Assembly: GCA_047495785.1 (NCBI GenBank)
Contig: JBLDXI010000026.1
Location: 248,001 to 312,000, forward strand
DNA length: 64,000 bases
Reading direction: 5' to 3'
Source of the DNA: Lepidodermella squamata
Taxonomy: Eukaryota; Animalia; Gastrotricha
Translations under genes and position numbers: made by a program
Shown here: positions 41,475-59,538 of the stretch, piece after piece
How the letters are laid out: each line of letters begins with the position of its first letter
Position numbering within the stretch: the first letter of the stretch is position 1
Notes under the pieces: generated by a model
What the model was told of the DNA's origin: nothing
What the model saw: the letters and a program-made list of their open reading frames with translations, nothing else
Database searches by the model: none

Positions 41475-42247
41475 TTCAACCGCTTCAGACGCGAATGAGC
41501 GATGAATAACAAAAATTGCCCAATATAAGGCCGTACTTGATTAGTCAAGGACCGCTCTTCAGCTTTGTTTATAAATCTATCAAAGATCTTACCAGGAGTG
41601 ACAGTCCCTTGTTGACACGTAAGCATGCTCAAATTGATAGGCGGTTCGCAGAAACTAGTCTTCCGCGCTTCGTGACTATTAATGTGTTCATATTAGAAAT
41701 GTGGACAAGTGCGAGTCTATCTCACTTCGAGTTCACCGGTGAGAAGAATTTTCAGTATTAAGATAATAAATTGAGATCACCAGCAAGGAGAGAATGCAGC
41801 TGAAGTAAATGAGATTAGGTTACGAAATGTCGATACATCTATGCATTCTCAGGTGCATTCTCAATCCACGCTGGAACAAGTATTAAATTCCGGCTTTTGA
41901 TAACATTCCGCGAACCTAACCACCAAGGCAGAGTTGGAAGTGGGCACATTGCTCGAAGGTGAACTAGTTTTGCAATGGGTTCATGATGTATGTTCTGAAT
42001 CTCTCCGCGACGGGGATCATGGATCTATAATATGAAAATTTCACATATAAATGTGGGGTAACGCACCGCAGCCCGCCTTGCCCATTGATATGTCTGGTAT
42101 CGTATCTTGCATTCGGATTTTTTTTCCACATTCAAGCATAGGTTTTTTCAGAAAATTTGCCGGGAAATTTTGCCGGTTGGAGAACCTAATTTCAACTCAT
42201 TCCAACCTAAACCACCTCTAACCTCTAACTCTGCATCAATTTGACTA

Positions 42248-42815
42248 CAGTGAAACCCCGATTCTCCGTCACCCGATTTCCCGTCAATTCGAATTTCCCG
42301 TCAGGTTTTCCGCGGAACCAGCTGTCGTAATGCAAAACATGCTATAGAACCAGATATTCTCCGTCATTGATTCTCCGTCAATTTCGGATTTCCCGTCAGG
42401 TTTTTTGGGGCCCCGCGCGATTATTTGGCGGGTAATTTCACTTGATTTTCCGTCAAAACCCTGCCGTTACAAAACGTTCTACAAAATGGTTTTCACGCTA
42501 ATTTGTGGTGGCATTTTGTTGTTCGATTATCAATAAATACGAAAAAACTTATTCCAATCATAGCGCTCTGATAAATATTTCACTGATCGCTCGAATTCGG
42601 CTTAGAAAGACAAAATGACTTTTTGATCGGTGTGGAATTATACAAAACAAATTAGATATTCGGATTCAGCGGGAAATGTTTGGATAGAATGCCAATTTGC
42701 GCGCGTTTATCTTTCAAAATGAGAAAGAAATGCAGCAGCAGCAAAGTTTAACTGTGTGATTGCGCGCGCTTAACAACAGCGCGTGTGCTCTCAAATCTGC
42801 GCTCTGCGCGCGCAT

Positions 42816-42866
<51 letters not shown>

Positions 42867-43118
42867 ACCTACACAATCATGCGCGCACAAGCGAAATTAA
42901 CATTTATCCCCCAATTTTTTCCCCATTTCAAATCGTCTTCGCGCGCAAAGTTGCATAGTGGCTCAACTTTTCACGCTGAATCCGAATATCTAATTTGTTT
43001 TCTAAAATTCATGCAAAATCCTCATAGATACAAGCAATATGAGCGAAAGGGGGCTCATTTTGATTTCCCGTCAGATTTTCCGCGGAACCGTAAATGACGG
43101 AGAATCGGGGTTTCACTG
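42248..43118. mobile_element. Non-autonomous pogo/Tigger-like element (TA TSD) containing a (CA)n microsatellite
   Basis: TIR CAGTGAAACCCCGATTCTCCGTCA / TGACGGAGAATCGGGGTTTCACTG flanked by TA; subterminal TTYCCGTCA repeats. Confidence 0.88.
42818..42864. repeat. (CA)n microsatellite
   Basis: Seen directly. Confidence 0.95.
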
Positions 43119-43419
43119 TATTTTATATTCAAATCTCTTGTTTGACCGAAAACTTGAACTGCTTGCTCTATTTACGGGGGATATTTATACGGGCATATAA
43201 ATAACTGACGCTCATCTTTTACTGCTGTCTCAATTACACTGAATACGGACAGGTTCGGTGTCTCATCACCAGCGTACAAGCAGACACGGGTTATGATGAC
43301 GGGTCTATACAGCTTGTCAAGACATAGGACAAAACATCGTTAATTGCAAGCCATAAACATTCCGTGACCTTGATATACCTGCCTATCTGTATACCTGCAA
43401 TTAATTCAAGAACCTGCTA

Positions 43420-43596
43420 CAAGGTGGCCAGAAAAAGCCGCAGGGCCGAAGTCCATTGCTTGGAGTCCGTCTCAATTTAAGGAGTTGAAGAATTTCATGT
43501 ATTCTTTTGCCGATGAAGCTCCTATTTTTCAATTTCTTAATTGGCACGCACTCCAATCAATGAACTTCGCTCCTACGGCTTTTTGTGGCCACCCTC
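43420..43596. mobile_element. Small Tc1/mariner-type MITE
   Basis: Imperfect ~25-bp TIR (GGTGGCCA.AAAAAGCCG.AGG) flanked by TA. Confidence 0.6.
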
Positions 43597-43767
43597 TATA
43601 TAACAAATGAAACTGGAATTAATTGTAAAAGAAACGCTTATCAGAGTGAGAATTCTTCGAGGATCAAGTTTCCGCTTGAACTTCAGCAAAGAGTTAAAAA
43701 CAGATGAAAGTTCATTTAAAGAAACCACATTTGAAACATATTCCGAATATGTGTTTAGTATCTAGTA

Positions 43768-44206
43768 GGGTAAGGTTAGCAAATATGCATAAAAAATTTA
43801 TATTTTTTCAAAGAACTGCCACTCGTCAACCGAGGTCTCTTGGGCTTATATTTTGACAACAGACGGTCAGGGTAAGCTCGCCGTCCTCACCGTCGTCACT
43901 CAAAGTTTAAAAAAGGAAAAATTGATACATCTCTCAATTTTGCATAAAAACTTCATTTCTGAACCTAAACTGCATACCTTCGAGAGATACATTTAATGCA
44001 CTGTCGAAAGATTATCAATTTTCCCCTTTTTTTAACTTTGAGCCCGGTAACGATGAGGAATTAGCATGTGAAATGTTGTGAGCTCACTCCTATGGAATCT
44101 GACCTTTTGTGGTCAACATATAGGTCATGGTCATGGTCATGGTTAAGGAACAGCAAGCATTCGAGAAAAGTCGAAAATTTTTATGCATATTGAGGTAACC
44201 TTACCC
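43768..44206. mobile_element. MITE with GGG...CCC termini
   Basis: TIR GGGTAAGGTTA..AATATGCATAAAAA / TTTTTATGCATATT..TAACCTTACCC, TA on both sides. Confidence 0.7.
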
Positions 44207-44558
44207 TATGTATCATGAAAACTTTCAGAACTATTTTGGGTTTGAGAGTGATATCCGGTTATAATTCGGACCGGATATCAAGGTGGCTTTAGTAGTTTAG
44301 CAGTAGTTTAGTAGATTAGTGCCTCCTAATTTAAACATATTGATTTCACTCCCTATCTCGATTTGAAAATCCGAAAAATTCTTTATTTAACAAAATGGTA
44401 GAAAAAGAGTGTAAATACAGGCCACAATGCAATAGTTTCAAATGGTAAAATGCAATAGTCAAATCATGGAGCAGTCAGTCACATATGAAAAGTCACGTAA
44501 AAACAACCGATCGAATTGTGGTGATTGTTTTGATGAGCATGATCCGCAATATTCTTGC

Positions 44559-45015
44559 TCATTGCTTCTTCCCGGTCATGATATCTCGCGCTATCATTTG
44601 CGCCCATAGGAAGAAAGCCGCAGAGTTTTCGCAGATCTGCCGGGCCCGGAATTTTTCCATGCAGTTTTTGTACCGCCGTTTACGTTCCTCGTGGGCTTGG
44701 ATGCTTTTAACGAATTTAGTCAAACCCTCCACGTCTTTGTTGTCCACATAGGATTGAATCTGATTTTCTTTAAAAAGAAATTGGTTAAAAAATTATCCTC
44801 CAAATAGCAGAGAGTGAAAACTCACTTAGTTTGGAGCTTGAAAATTGCTGGCCGATAGAATGCAGAAGCTGTCTTGTTAGGGCTCTATCTAGTTTTCCTG
44901 ATTTGTCTATTGTAGTTTCTTTGCTCATCTTAATTGAAACCCCTTCGACAATCGCCGTAGCGCAATACAGCACTACAAAGGCAGCCGAAGCCGCAGATCT
45001 GGATGAAAGAAACAT
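44559..45015 (-). CDS. Secreted peptide precursor, 2 exons, predicted amidated C-terminal peptide
   Basis: Signal peptide; RKRR-YKNCMEKFRARQICENSAAFFLWAQMIARDIMT-GKK. Confidence 0.7.
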
Positions 45016-45634
45016 TATGGATGGCTGTTCGTCTGAAATGCGATTAAAAGCCGCCAGTTTATATAGAACAGCTTGGGCAAAAATTTTATGACAAACCTGA
45101 CAGGTGAGTATAATAAGGACCCTGTTTGACAGGCGTGAGGCTGTCGCGTGCGGGCTACCGCAGTCCTGTTTGGTGAACTTGAAACTGAAAATTGAATGGT
45201 CATTCCCATCTTGGTGGTCCGATTCGATCTGTAATAACGTGTCCACGGTGATATGCATACTCCTAATATGGTGTCCTCAAAGACAGGGTTTGGTTAGATT
45301 CTCAGGCCATGGGTTAATGGAATATATAGACTTAAAGAGACGCGCTAGCTAAAATATAAACAATTGTCGAGTAAAAACATTTAATCTGTCAAAATTCGAT
45401 TTAGTACGTGCTATGGACACATGTTTCCGAGAGCGCTATTTTGGAATATAAAACATCAATCAAAATAATTTTACAAAACGAATTAACCGCCTTGTATGTG
45501 AGATCAAAAAGAGACGTTTTTATAACATGAAACTGCATATAACTGGAACAGAATTCAGTGAAAATTCGCAAAAAACAACTCGCATGAACATGCAGTCTAG
45601 CGTAAAGTTCGCAGAGTATTCTTTCGAGTATGAT

Positions 45635-50471
<4,837 letters not shown>

Positions 50472-50762
50472 ATTTCATTTTAATGTGAATACGAGCCCTC
50501 ACTGTAAATTATCGATTACTTTTGAGACTCATTGATTGAATTTGAACGCGTGATTGCGTAATGCGTAATAATCATGCGCTGTGCGCACCTGCCTCGATAA
50601 ACCTTAATACTTTAGTATATTATCATCTCATTACGGCACCCAATTTCATTTTATCTATTTATTCCACGCTAGTTCTATAGCTACAGATATTTTGTCAAGA
50701 TTTTACATCACTGCGTTCAATTAAATGGGACAACTGAAAATATAACGAAGAAGTTGCTGACG

Positions 50763-52283
50763 CTAAGTTGCCGCCTCAGCTATCGGCAAAAATCTGTCAG
50801 GTGTGGGATAGTCAGCCTCAGGTTTCACCGCGCGCATGCGGTCCGTCGTGCTGTACAGCCATGTCTGCATCTGTCCGGTTGTTCGCGGCGCTAATTGCAG
50901 CGTCTGCTCAAAGTAATATCGATTGCGCGCGGCTGTCACCGCATCGTCAGAATTTGTCTTGGATTGATACATGTTAAGCGCAAGCCATAGTCTCCTCCTT
51001 ATCCGAGCTAACTTCGCATTGGACAGGGTCGATTCTGCGAGGGTTGAAAACATAAGATAAATAGGTCGTGCTAAGCAAATAAAATGTACCATTGAAGAAA
51101 AGTAGGCCGAATAGAAGCGTAACTTCGATGAAAGAAGGTCCCCATTGGGCAAGCACGTCTGCAAGATGATCGTGCGCATCCATGACACCCTAAAATGTTC
51201 AAAAACATGATTAAATGTTATTTGAGGTGCAAATATAGTAACCTTAATGTCAGGAAATTGGTTCAACAAGGGGCGCCGCATATTAGCATGCAGACCAAAA
51301 AATCCTTGGGGACACGAACCAGGCAGGGCGTGATAAATGGTTGAAGCGTGTTGGATAAAATTCAGCATTATTGCAGCGTATTCGTCCTTTTCCAATCCCT
51401 CTGCATCTGATAATTTTATAACAACAATAATTAAATGGATTAGGAGAGAAATCAGCGCAAACCGCCAAGAAATCGGCAATAGGATCCGGAAACTATGACG
51501 CCATGATAGAAATTCTGCATTCCCAGTTGAATCAACGTATCAAGACCCATTTGGCTGTTGTATTCGCTAACCAATTTCATAGGCCCCTGGAAAGCTAAAT
51601 GAAACACTAATTCATCTCATCACTGATTCTTACAAATTCAAGGCCGTGGAGTTTCGTGAAAGATGCTGCCGCGCTTCTCATCGTGCTTTCGATAGAAGTG
51701 AAATCGTACATGATTGGATCTCGAATCAACTGGGTGTCACTTTCCGGCGATTCTTCGGCCCTAGCTTCAGATGATTCCTTTAGAAATAAAGAACTTATGT
51801 TAAGCCGAATTGCTTGTTAAATCTCACTTCTTTCGGTTCCTTCGGGCCCTTTACAGTCAGCCCGCCAGAAATGCATCTTTCGAGCCTGCATCTAGCACAG
51901 CTGCGGCGATTGGTTTGTGTAATGATGCATTTCCCGTCATTGCTACAATCCAGTTGCTCACGGCGGTGTACATAGCGTCGGAAAAATTTCTGAAAATGCA
52001 ACACGAAATCGATGCAAAGTCCGAGGGTTTCAGCAAAATCTGTATTACCTGGCAAGCTTCGCAAATCTTCGGCTGATAGTCTTTTCGCCTCGGAACTTCG
52101 GCTTGACAAACCTTGGACAAAGCAGCAACGTATCGCGTTAATTACTAGCCTTTATGCGTGATGTAAAGAATTTACCTTACAATACATGACGATCCTGCGT
52201 TTCGCCTGCATTTTCTTCTCTTTTAATTCCGCTTGAAATTTTGTATCTGTGATGTAGGTAAATCGATCGGAGTATGCACCCAT
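50763..52283 (-). CDS. Orphan nuclear receptor (multi-exon), P-box CEACQ
   Basis: CK|VC...CEACQ|KFFRR..C...C......RRSCARCRLERC, plus a helical LBD-like C-terminal exon. Confidence 0.8.
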
Positions 52284-52771
52284 CTCATGCGATTAGTGTC
52301 GCGCTCCTAATTTCAAAACTGACATGAAGTGTGAAATTCGATCACACGTCTGCAAACTAAGTCGATCACTAAGAGTAAAAACGTTAAATGGTCACACTAA
52401 ACCGTGCTTCGGAATATTCAGCAATCTGGCAACTTATGAACAATCCTTGTATTCGATATGCTTGCGAAGATATGCGTAGAATAGATAACTCATTTTCAGA
52501 AACCGGCGTCAGTTCACGTCCTGTCCGCACCTTTCTTGATGTTGGCGCTTTCCGACGCCTTCGTGAAATATTTTGGGCGCGTGAGATGTAAAACAATATG
52601 AAACGTTGTCCCTACATGAGGCGATATTTATTCGTCGAGGAAAGCCGAAAACACTAATCAGTGATTTATCTGATGCATAAGACTGACGGCTGAGCAACAA
52701 AAAAATTTTATTTTGGAAAAAGCGCACGTAATTTTGACGCTTGAAGTAAAATTGAACAGCGATTATCGAAT

Positions 52772-53634
52772 TCATCCTCGTTTGGCTGGATGAACATTCT
52801 GCGGAAACTGACCCTCGTAATTACCAGGTGGGTAGTATCGAGCAACAACGTACAGGCCCGAGCGACCGCGCGCTATGCCGAAACCGACTAAGCGAGTGTT
52901 TTTCCAAACAACTTGGGTAAAATGACCTGAAAATATATCAAAGTGATGACGGGGGAATGAAAAACGCATTACACTGTATACCTGTAGCCATTGTGAAACC
53001 CGGCCGCCTGAAATTGTATTTCGAAACCTCACCGTACCAACTATTGACTGGCTCCGGATTACGATAGCCGCTGCCAAACCAAGACAAATTCTCGCCGTGA
53101 CCCGTGTTCGACGAATGTTGCATTTTATTGATTGCCGCAAGGTGATTAGCCCAATTTTGAGCGGCACTGTTCAGCTTATTGTCCAAACTGAGAGGAGGGG
53201 CTCCATGGCGGGCTCTGAATTCGTTATGCTGACGTAGCCATTTTTGAAATTCGCCTCGAGATCGATCATCGTTGCCCTCCTCGCCGCCCTTCTCCTCCTC
53301 CTCAGGATCTTCAACTTCTCCATTATCAATATCGGCAATTCGTTGATCGAGGTCGGCGTGGGTAGGTATGTTTTCCGCCTCCTCTTCGCTGATTTGCTCG
53401 TTCGGCAGGGTTCTTGTTTCAGCCTCATCCTTGCTCAGAGTTTCGTCAAAGCTCACCGCAGCGTCATTACCATCATCACCAAATCTAACAGAATCTGTGG
53501 CGCATCAATTATTGTCGAGTGCAATGTTCTCAGCATTTAAAAAAATTACCCGCGTTTTTATCAGATGAAACCAAGTAAACTATCAACAAATATATGTACA
53601 CCCGCATAAAGCTCATATTACTTGCTTGATTCAT
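52772..53634 (-). CDS. Secreted CAP/SCP (GAPR-1-like) protein A
   Basis: HNEFRARHGAPPL, GENL, WYGE, GHFTQVVW, VVARYYPPGN; acidic N-terminal region. Confidence 0.9.
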
Positions 53635-54485
53635 GAACAAAAATGCACGACAATACTGAAAACTTTTGAGGTGAGGTAAAGGCTGAGCTTGGCTTGGCCC
53701 ATTTGGCCACATAACATATGATACACTCTAATTATCAGACCACGTTTACGGCTCACATCTGATGCAGCATGCAAACATTTGAATCTTGACCTCAAAAGTG
53801 CAATAAGCAGAGCTGTTATCAAAACGAAGTCCTCCAACATCAGCTGCTTAGAGTTAAAGTAAAAAAAGTATTCGATTCTTTTTTTGCTGTTTACGATAAG
53901 GTTTCGATTTTACTCAATTTTTCCACTTCAACAGTCCTCTATCTGGCATTACTTCAGTTACCGCGTTCGATTTGACTCCGCCATAAAATGTTGGTAATCA
54001 AGTTTTTTTCAAAGATGGGACTTCGGACGAATTAATTAACCGCATTTCACAGCATCAATATACCAAAGTCCACAAATATTGTGAGCAAGAGTCTCATTCT
54101 CCAAAAGGAAGCTTTTGAGCAAAGCAAGGTTAAAAAAGGTTTTTGCGAAGATGCAGTGATTTTACGGCCGCGAATCTGTGTCAACAGCTACAAAACTTAG
54201 TTTTAATATAGCTGCGGTCGACTGGTTCATGGCACTAACGATAAAATCGCGAATAGCGAATAATAGCCATTGTTTATCAGCAAAAAGCAGTAGCTAAACT
54301 AACAAAGCTTTCCAGCTTGCCTGCACAACTTTATCATGAATTCACGAACTACATCGGAGGCGAAAAATGTCGGAGAATAACAACAGAGTTCTTCCTTTAT
54401 TTGTTTGGCGATGTCAAAAGAGCGTTATTGTTTAGCAAGGAACAATAATTTTCAAGTGTCACACTTTCAAACGGAATCACCGGCT

Positions 54486-55323
54486 TCAACCACGTCTAGC
54501 TCGTTGGACATTTTGCGAGAATTGGCCCTGGTAGTTTCCTGGCGGGTAGTAGCGAGCCACAACGTAAACGCCGGAGCGACCTTGCGCTTTTCCGAAGCCA
54601 ACCAAACGCGTTTTCTTCCAAACGACTTGCGTGAAATGCCCTATGAAATATCGATCGTGATAACATAGTTAAGCGCCTGATATATGTATTTACCGGTTGC
54701 CATGGAGAAACCGGGTCGGTTGAAATTATACTTGGAGACCTCCCCGTACCAACCAATGACAGGCTCAGGATTGCGATAACCACGGCTGAACCACGATAAA
54801 TTCTCGCCATGACCCGTGTTCGACGAATGTTGCATTTTATTGATTGCCGCAAGGTGATTAGCCCAATTTTGAGCGGCGCTGTTCAACCTGTTATTCATAG
54901 CCAGAGGAGGTGCACCATGGCGGGCTCTGAATTGGTTATGTTGACGAAGCCACTTCTGAAATTCTGCTGTAGTCCTTAGATCGTCGTCGTCTTCTCTTTC
55001 ATTTTCTTCTTCAACTCCTTCATTATCGTTGCTTTGTTCCAGGTCGCCGTTTTCAGCATTTTCCGCATCTTCCTCGGTAATCATCCTATTAGGCAGAGTC
55101 TTCCAGTCGCTCTGGACTCTGAGTTCGTCACCACCAACTGTTTCTTCACGGCTCAGTGTGGCATCATGGAATGCATCATTGCCATCAGTCTCAGATTTGA
55201 CCAGACCTGGGGTTCACGGAAAATCGAAAATCGTTAAAATATTGATTCAGGATTCTTACTGGGTTTGCTCAGAGCTGATAGCAAAACAAAAAAGAATAAT
55301 TGCTTATTGAATGGCTGGTTCAT
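54486..55323 (-). CDS. Secreted CAP/SCP protein B
   Basis: Near-identical CAP core to protein A; same intron positions. Confidence 0.9.
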
Positions 55324-55590
55324 TTGTTGTTGGAAGTCGTTATCGTTATAGAGTTGGTTTGCTATTTTGAATTTAAAAGCAAGCCTACAAGGATCGCGTG
55401 GTTTGCTGGGGTAAAAGAGCCATAGCAATGACAGAACGAATTTGTTGTAATGATTACGCGGCCGATTATGCCTGTTGCCGAACTCAAACTCGATTTTAAA
55501 AGTCTTCATAAATGGATCTTTCAAATTTATTTAAAAAGCTTGAAAATCGAATATTCAAATAATTGAAATGCATAATCACTAGTTATTCCA

Positions 55591-56286
55591 TCATCCGCGT
55601 CTCGGAGGCAAAACGTTTTGTGGGAACTGGCCTTGGTAATTTCCAGGCGGGTCATATCGAGCGACAATATACATGCCATTACGACCTTGAGCTTTGCCGA
55701 ATCCAACATATTTTGTGTTCTTCCATATCACTTGCGTGAAATGGCCTTGAAAAAACAAACCAACAAATTGTGTGAAAACTTTCAGCTTAAATCTCAAACC
55801 CGTTGCCATGGTGAAGCCTGGTCGGTTGTAATTGTATTGATTGACCTCGTTGTACCAACTACCGACAGGATCCGGGTTTCGATAGCCCGTGCCAAACCAG
55901 GCCAAATTCTCGCCCTGACCAGTATTCGAGGCATGCTGCATGCGTCCGATGTTGGAGAGATTGTTTGCCCACTGCTGAGCGGCGCGGTTCAGTTTGTTGC
56001 TGAGTTTGAGAGGCGGAGCGCCATGACGAGCGCGGTATTCGTTATGTTGCCGTAGCCATGTTTGATGCTCGAATGATGCAGAACGCTCGTAATCACCATC
56101 ATCACCTTCATCTACATCGTCGTCATCTCCGTCGACAGGATAATCTTCGCCGCCTTCATCTGGATCCTGCAGGTATACCCACCCTAAAAGAAAGCGTTTT
56201 CCAAAATGTTTGATGGCTTCGAGGCACAACTAACCAGCATTTGCGAGCCCGATGACCAGAAAAATAAGAAGAAAAAGTCGTGCCAT
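55591..56286 (-). CDS. Secreted CAP/SCP protein C
   Basis: Signal MARLFLLIFLVIGLANA; HNEYRARHG, GENL, HFTQVIW, YDPPGN. Confidence 0.9.
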
Positions 56287-56892
56287 TGTGAAGGTTGAAT
56301 TTGAAATATGTTGAACCCAAAACGAATTATTCCACATCTTAAAGGATTGCACCGGTATCCTCGTGGTAACAAAAGGAAGGCATGTGTAATTATGCCGGTT
56401 CCAAAATAGTCTCAAGTACCGCGCGGATGTAGTTGCTATCCAAAAGCTATTGTTTACCAACAAAAGTAGGACACGAACCTTTATGGCCAAAACTAGGAAT
56501 CTTCTATAATGGCAACGCACTCACGAAAAACTCTCTCGCTCTCTCCTCCTCTCTCTTTCTCTCCCTTCGTTTCATGAAATGATTAAGAAGCTCAGGAGAA
56601 TCGAACATAGAAGAATCGACTCTAGCTCATCCATCAAGTCGAAAGAAGACTTTCATCCAGGCAGTTGAGTGCGCTATAACGTACCGTATACTGCTTGGAA
56701 TAACGTTTTTCATAATTTGCAGTTGAGAGGAATAAGCTTCGAAGTTGCACAGGCGATGTAAAGTGAATGTTACGAAATGAACGAGGGGCAGAAAATTACG
56801 GACTTTCTGTTGTATCCTGTGTTTTATTCAAGTTTTCACGATGAAGCAATAAAATCGAAGCCTTTCAATGTCTCGGGTTATCATCAAGCAAG

Positions 56893-58140
56893 CTAATATT
56901 TCTCGAAACATTTCTCATGTTGCCACGGATTGTAATTTGTCGGCTTTTCATTTTCAGCTCTCCTGGGCGATGCAGGACTGTTCAAGGACTTCACCTCAGC
57001 CTTTCTCACGGGCTGTTCCCTGCCAGCAATTTTTGTCGGAACACTTACAGGGCGCGTGTAACCAGTTCGGTAACCAGCGTTGTCAAGCAACTTCATCATA
57101 GTGCTGAACTCAAGCACGCCTCGCCTCTGAATAACAGCTGGATTGTTTTGTGAAGGTGTTTCTAACGACAGCTCCCGGCTAGTTTCTTCTGACATTCGAA
57201 TTAGGTTATCCATTCCCTGTGGGATAAGCCGAACTTGGGTATCGCATGCCAAGACAACGTTGACGATCAAATAGAAAGCTTCTTCGATCGTTTCACCGCA
57301 GACAACAACCCCATGATTCTGGAGAAGCATAACTTTGTTCAACGGTCCCAGATTCTTGGCAATCAAACGCCTCTCGTTCTCATCAACCAAAATCCCATAG
57401 TAAGGATGGTAGGAAATCGGTCCCAGATTGATTGCTTCCTGTGAAAAAATAGGATAGATCGCTGGGGTCCAATAAAAATTGGCTGTCCAATAAAAATTAC
57501 CCTGCAAAGAGGCAGTAAGCCACATTTTAAGATAGACACAGCAACAATTGAAGGGGTGTGCAGGTGAATGATACAGCGAGCATCTGGACGAGCTGCGTGA
57601 ATAGCCGAATGGAGGACAAAGCCAGCACGATTAGCCCCAAAACTAGTTGAGCCAGGGTCGAGAACATCACCTCTTATGTTCACCTTGATCAAGCTCGAAG
57701 CCGTAATTTCGCTGTACAGAAGTCCGAACGGGTTGATGAAGAATAGCTCCTGATCTGGCGAAACACGGGCAGTGATGTGGTTGTAGATATTTTGCGTCCA
57801 GCCGAATAAATCGATAACCCGGTACAACGAAGCCAATTTGCACCTAACATTTCTTTCTGTCTCAGAAATCTAATAGGATTGGTTTAAGGCCTGTAAGCTG
57901 AAGAATTATACAATTTACCCCTGCAAAATATGGGCTGACTAAGTCGTCGATAGGGCTAACCGGCGTGATAGCTCCAAGGCAACCAGAAAGCCCGGCTGAT
58001 TTATGATTTCCAACACACCCAGTTGGAGCTAGTAAGCTTGGCAGTTGCTGTTGTAGAGAGCTTGTTGCCTGCCCCTCTTTCACTGCCTCATTGATGATTC
58101 GATTCAATTCAAACCGAGCGCCCTTCAAAATATCTTGATA
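56893..58140 (-). CDS. Adducin-like (class II aldolase head) protein, multi-exon; 5' end uncertain
   Basis: ASLYR..DLFGW..IYNHITAR, INPFGLLYSEITASSL, LHSAIHAARPD, NHGVVVCGETIEEAF, LDNAGYRTGY. Confidence 0.85.
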
Positions 58141-58849
58141 TAATATTAAATATATGACCGGTTAAGGAAACAACCTGCATTAAAATCAGCTTAATTTGCT
58201 GGACTTGAGTGAAAGAGCTAGTGGTATTTAGTGCTATTGTGGCTGTGACCAGTTTGTAGTATATGACAGCTATAGCTCTCTCATTCCACAATGCTGTATA
58301 ACGTATTATACAGGCTTTTTAGCGGCATCAAACAAATGAGCTTTTACCACTTGAAATGAGCAAACAAACACATGGTTGAATTCCCTCATTCAGAATTTCT
58401 CTTTATACGCATTATAATACCAAGCCAAATAAACACTGCTGAAAATTCGCGCATGTGGAGCAGTTTATTAAATTTGATGAAAACAATGAACCTTGCGTGA
58501 GACGAGTGGGACATTCGCTCCACTCGTTTCTATGTTGATTAAATTTTGATAATTTTGATAAATTCAATTAAGCATGTTCTGGTTTGAGCTATGCCCCGAT
58601 ATAATTATCAAATTAATTCCGCACCATTCGAGCGGGTTCCACTCAGAGTGACGTAGGTCCTGTTGGCTGTATATCAAGTATAGCTGATAATTCACCGCGA
58701 ATCGAAATCCCACACAGATAGGCATGCTGCCGCCCAGATTCTAATAGCCTCACTGTGAATTATTAACTTATACCATCAAACCATCTATTATACGCCTTTG
58801 GGAATATTTCAGCTCTGCGTGGGTCCATTCCATTCAACATACTTTTGAC

Positions 58850-59269
58850 ATGGCAAAATCTGTCATTTTAACCTGCTTGCTTACAACAGGTGTAATCTGC
58901 AGCATTCTTGGTTGCTCAGAGGCCTGGTCCGACCAAGAATACAGCGACAGCAAACTCGAAAAACTGCTTGCTGAAAAATGCCGCCGTATAGCTTCAAAAG
59001 ACACTTGGAAAAGTAAAGTTTCACGAAATAAGCAATACTTGGATTAACCCTTTAATTCTTTAGAAACCGTCTGGGATTTTTTTCATCACAAAAAAGGATT
59101 GTATAAATCCGGGAACGTGCAGGGCGAACGAGCTGAAGGGAATGATGCCTTTAAATACGTCCGAACAGATGCAGTGGAGCATGTTCAAAAGCCTACAATT
59201 TCTCCCGTCATTACAAGCCACGGCCACAAATCGCCTTACTCATTCAGAGGAAGCAACTGGCGTGATTAG
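58850..59269 (+). CDS. Small secreted peptide precursor 1 (SKDTW...SNWRD family), 2 exons
   Basis: Signal peptide; RR..SKDTWK|TVWDFF; ends SNWRD*. Confidence 0.65.
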
Positions 59270-59538
59270 ACTAATTGTTCTATTTTTTCGCTAAATAAAA
59301 CGGCGAACTCTTAACTTTGGATTGCTAAGCGCGTGGGTATAATTACTGCTAAATTCTTAATGTAAAGCACCGGCGGTTTTTGACCTTGAATATAAGTAAT
59401 CCATTACGTTATACCTAAAATCACTCACGCAGCACTCAAACCTCTTAGAGCCGACGCAGATTACGATTGCTTATGCATAGTTCTAAAAAGCTTTCGGTAC
59501 AAATTCATGGCAATTTCCTCATTTTAAACTTTTTAGCT

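Noticed and set aside
42783-43097. 104-aa ORF with an HT repeat
   Set aside because: Translation of a (CA)n microsatellite inside a MITE
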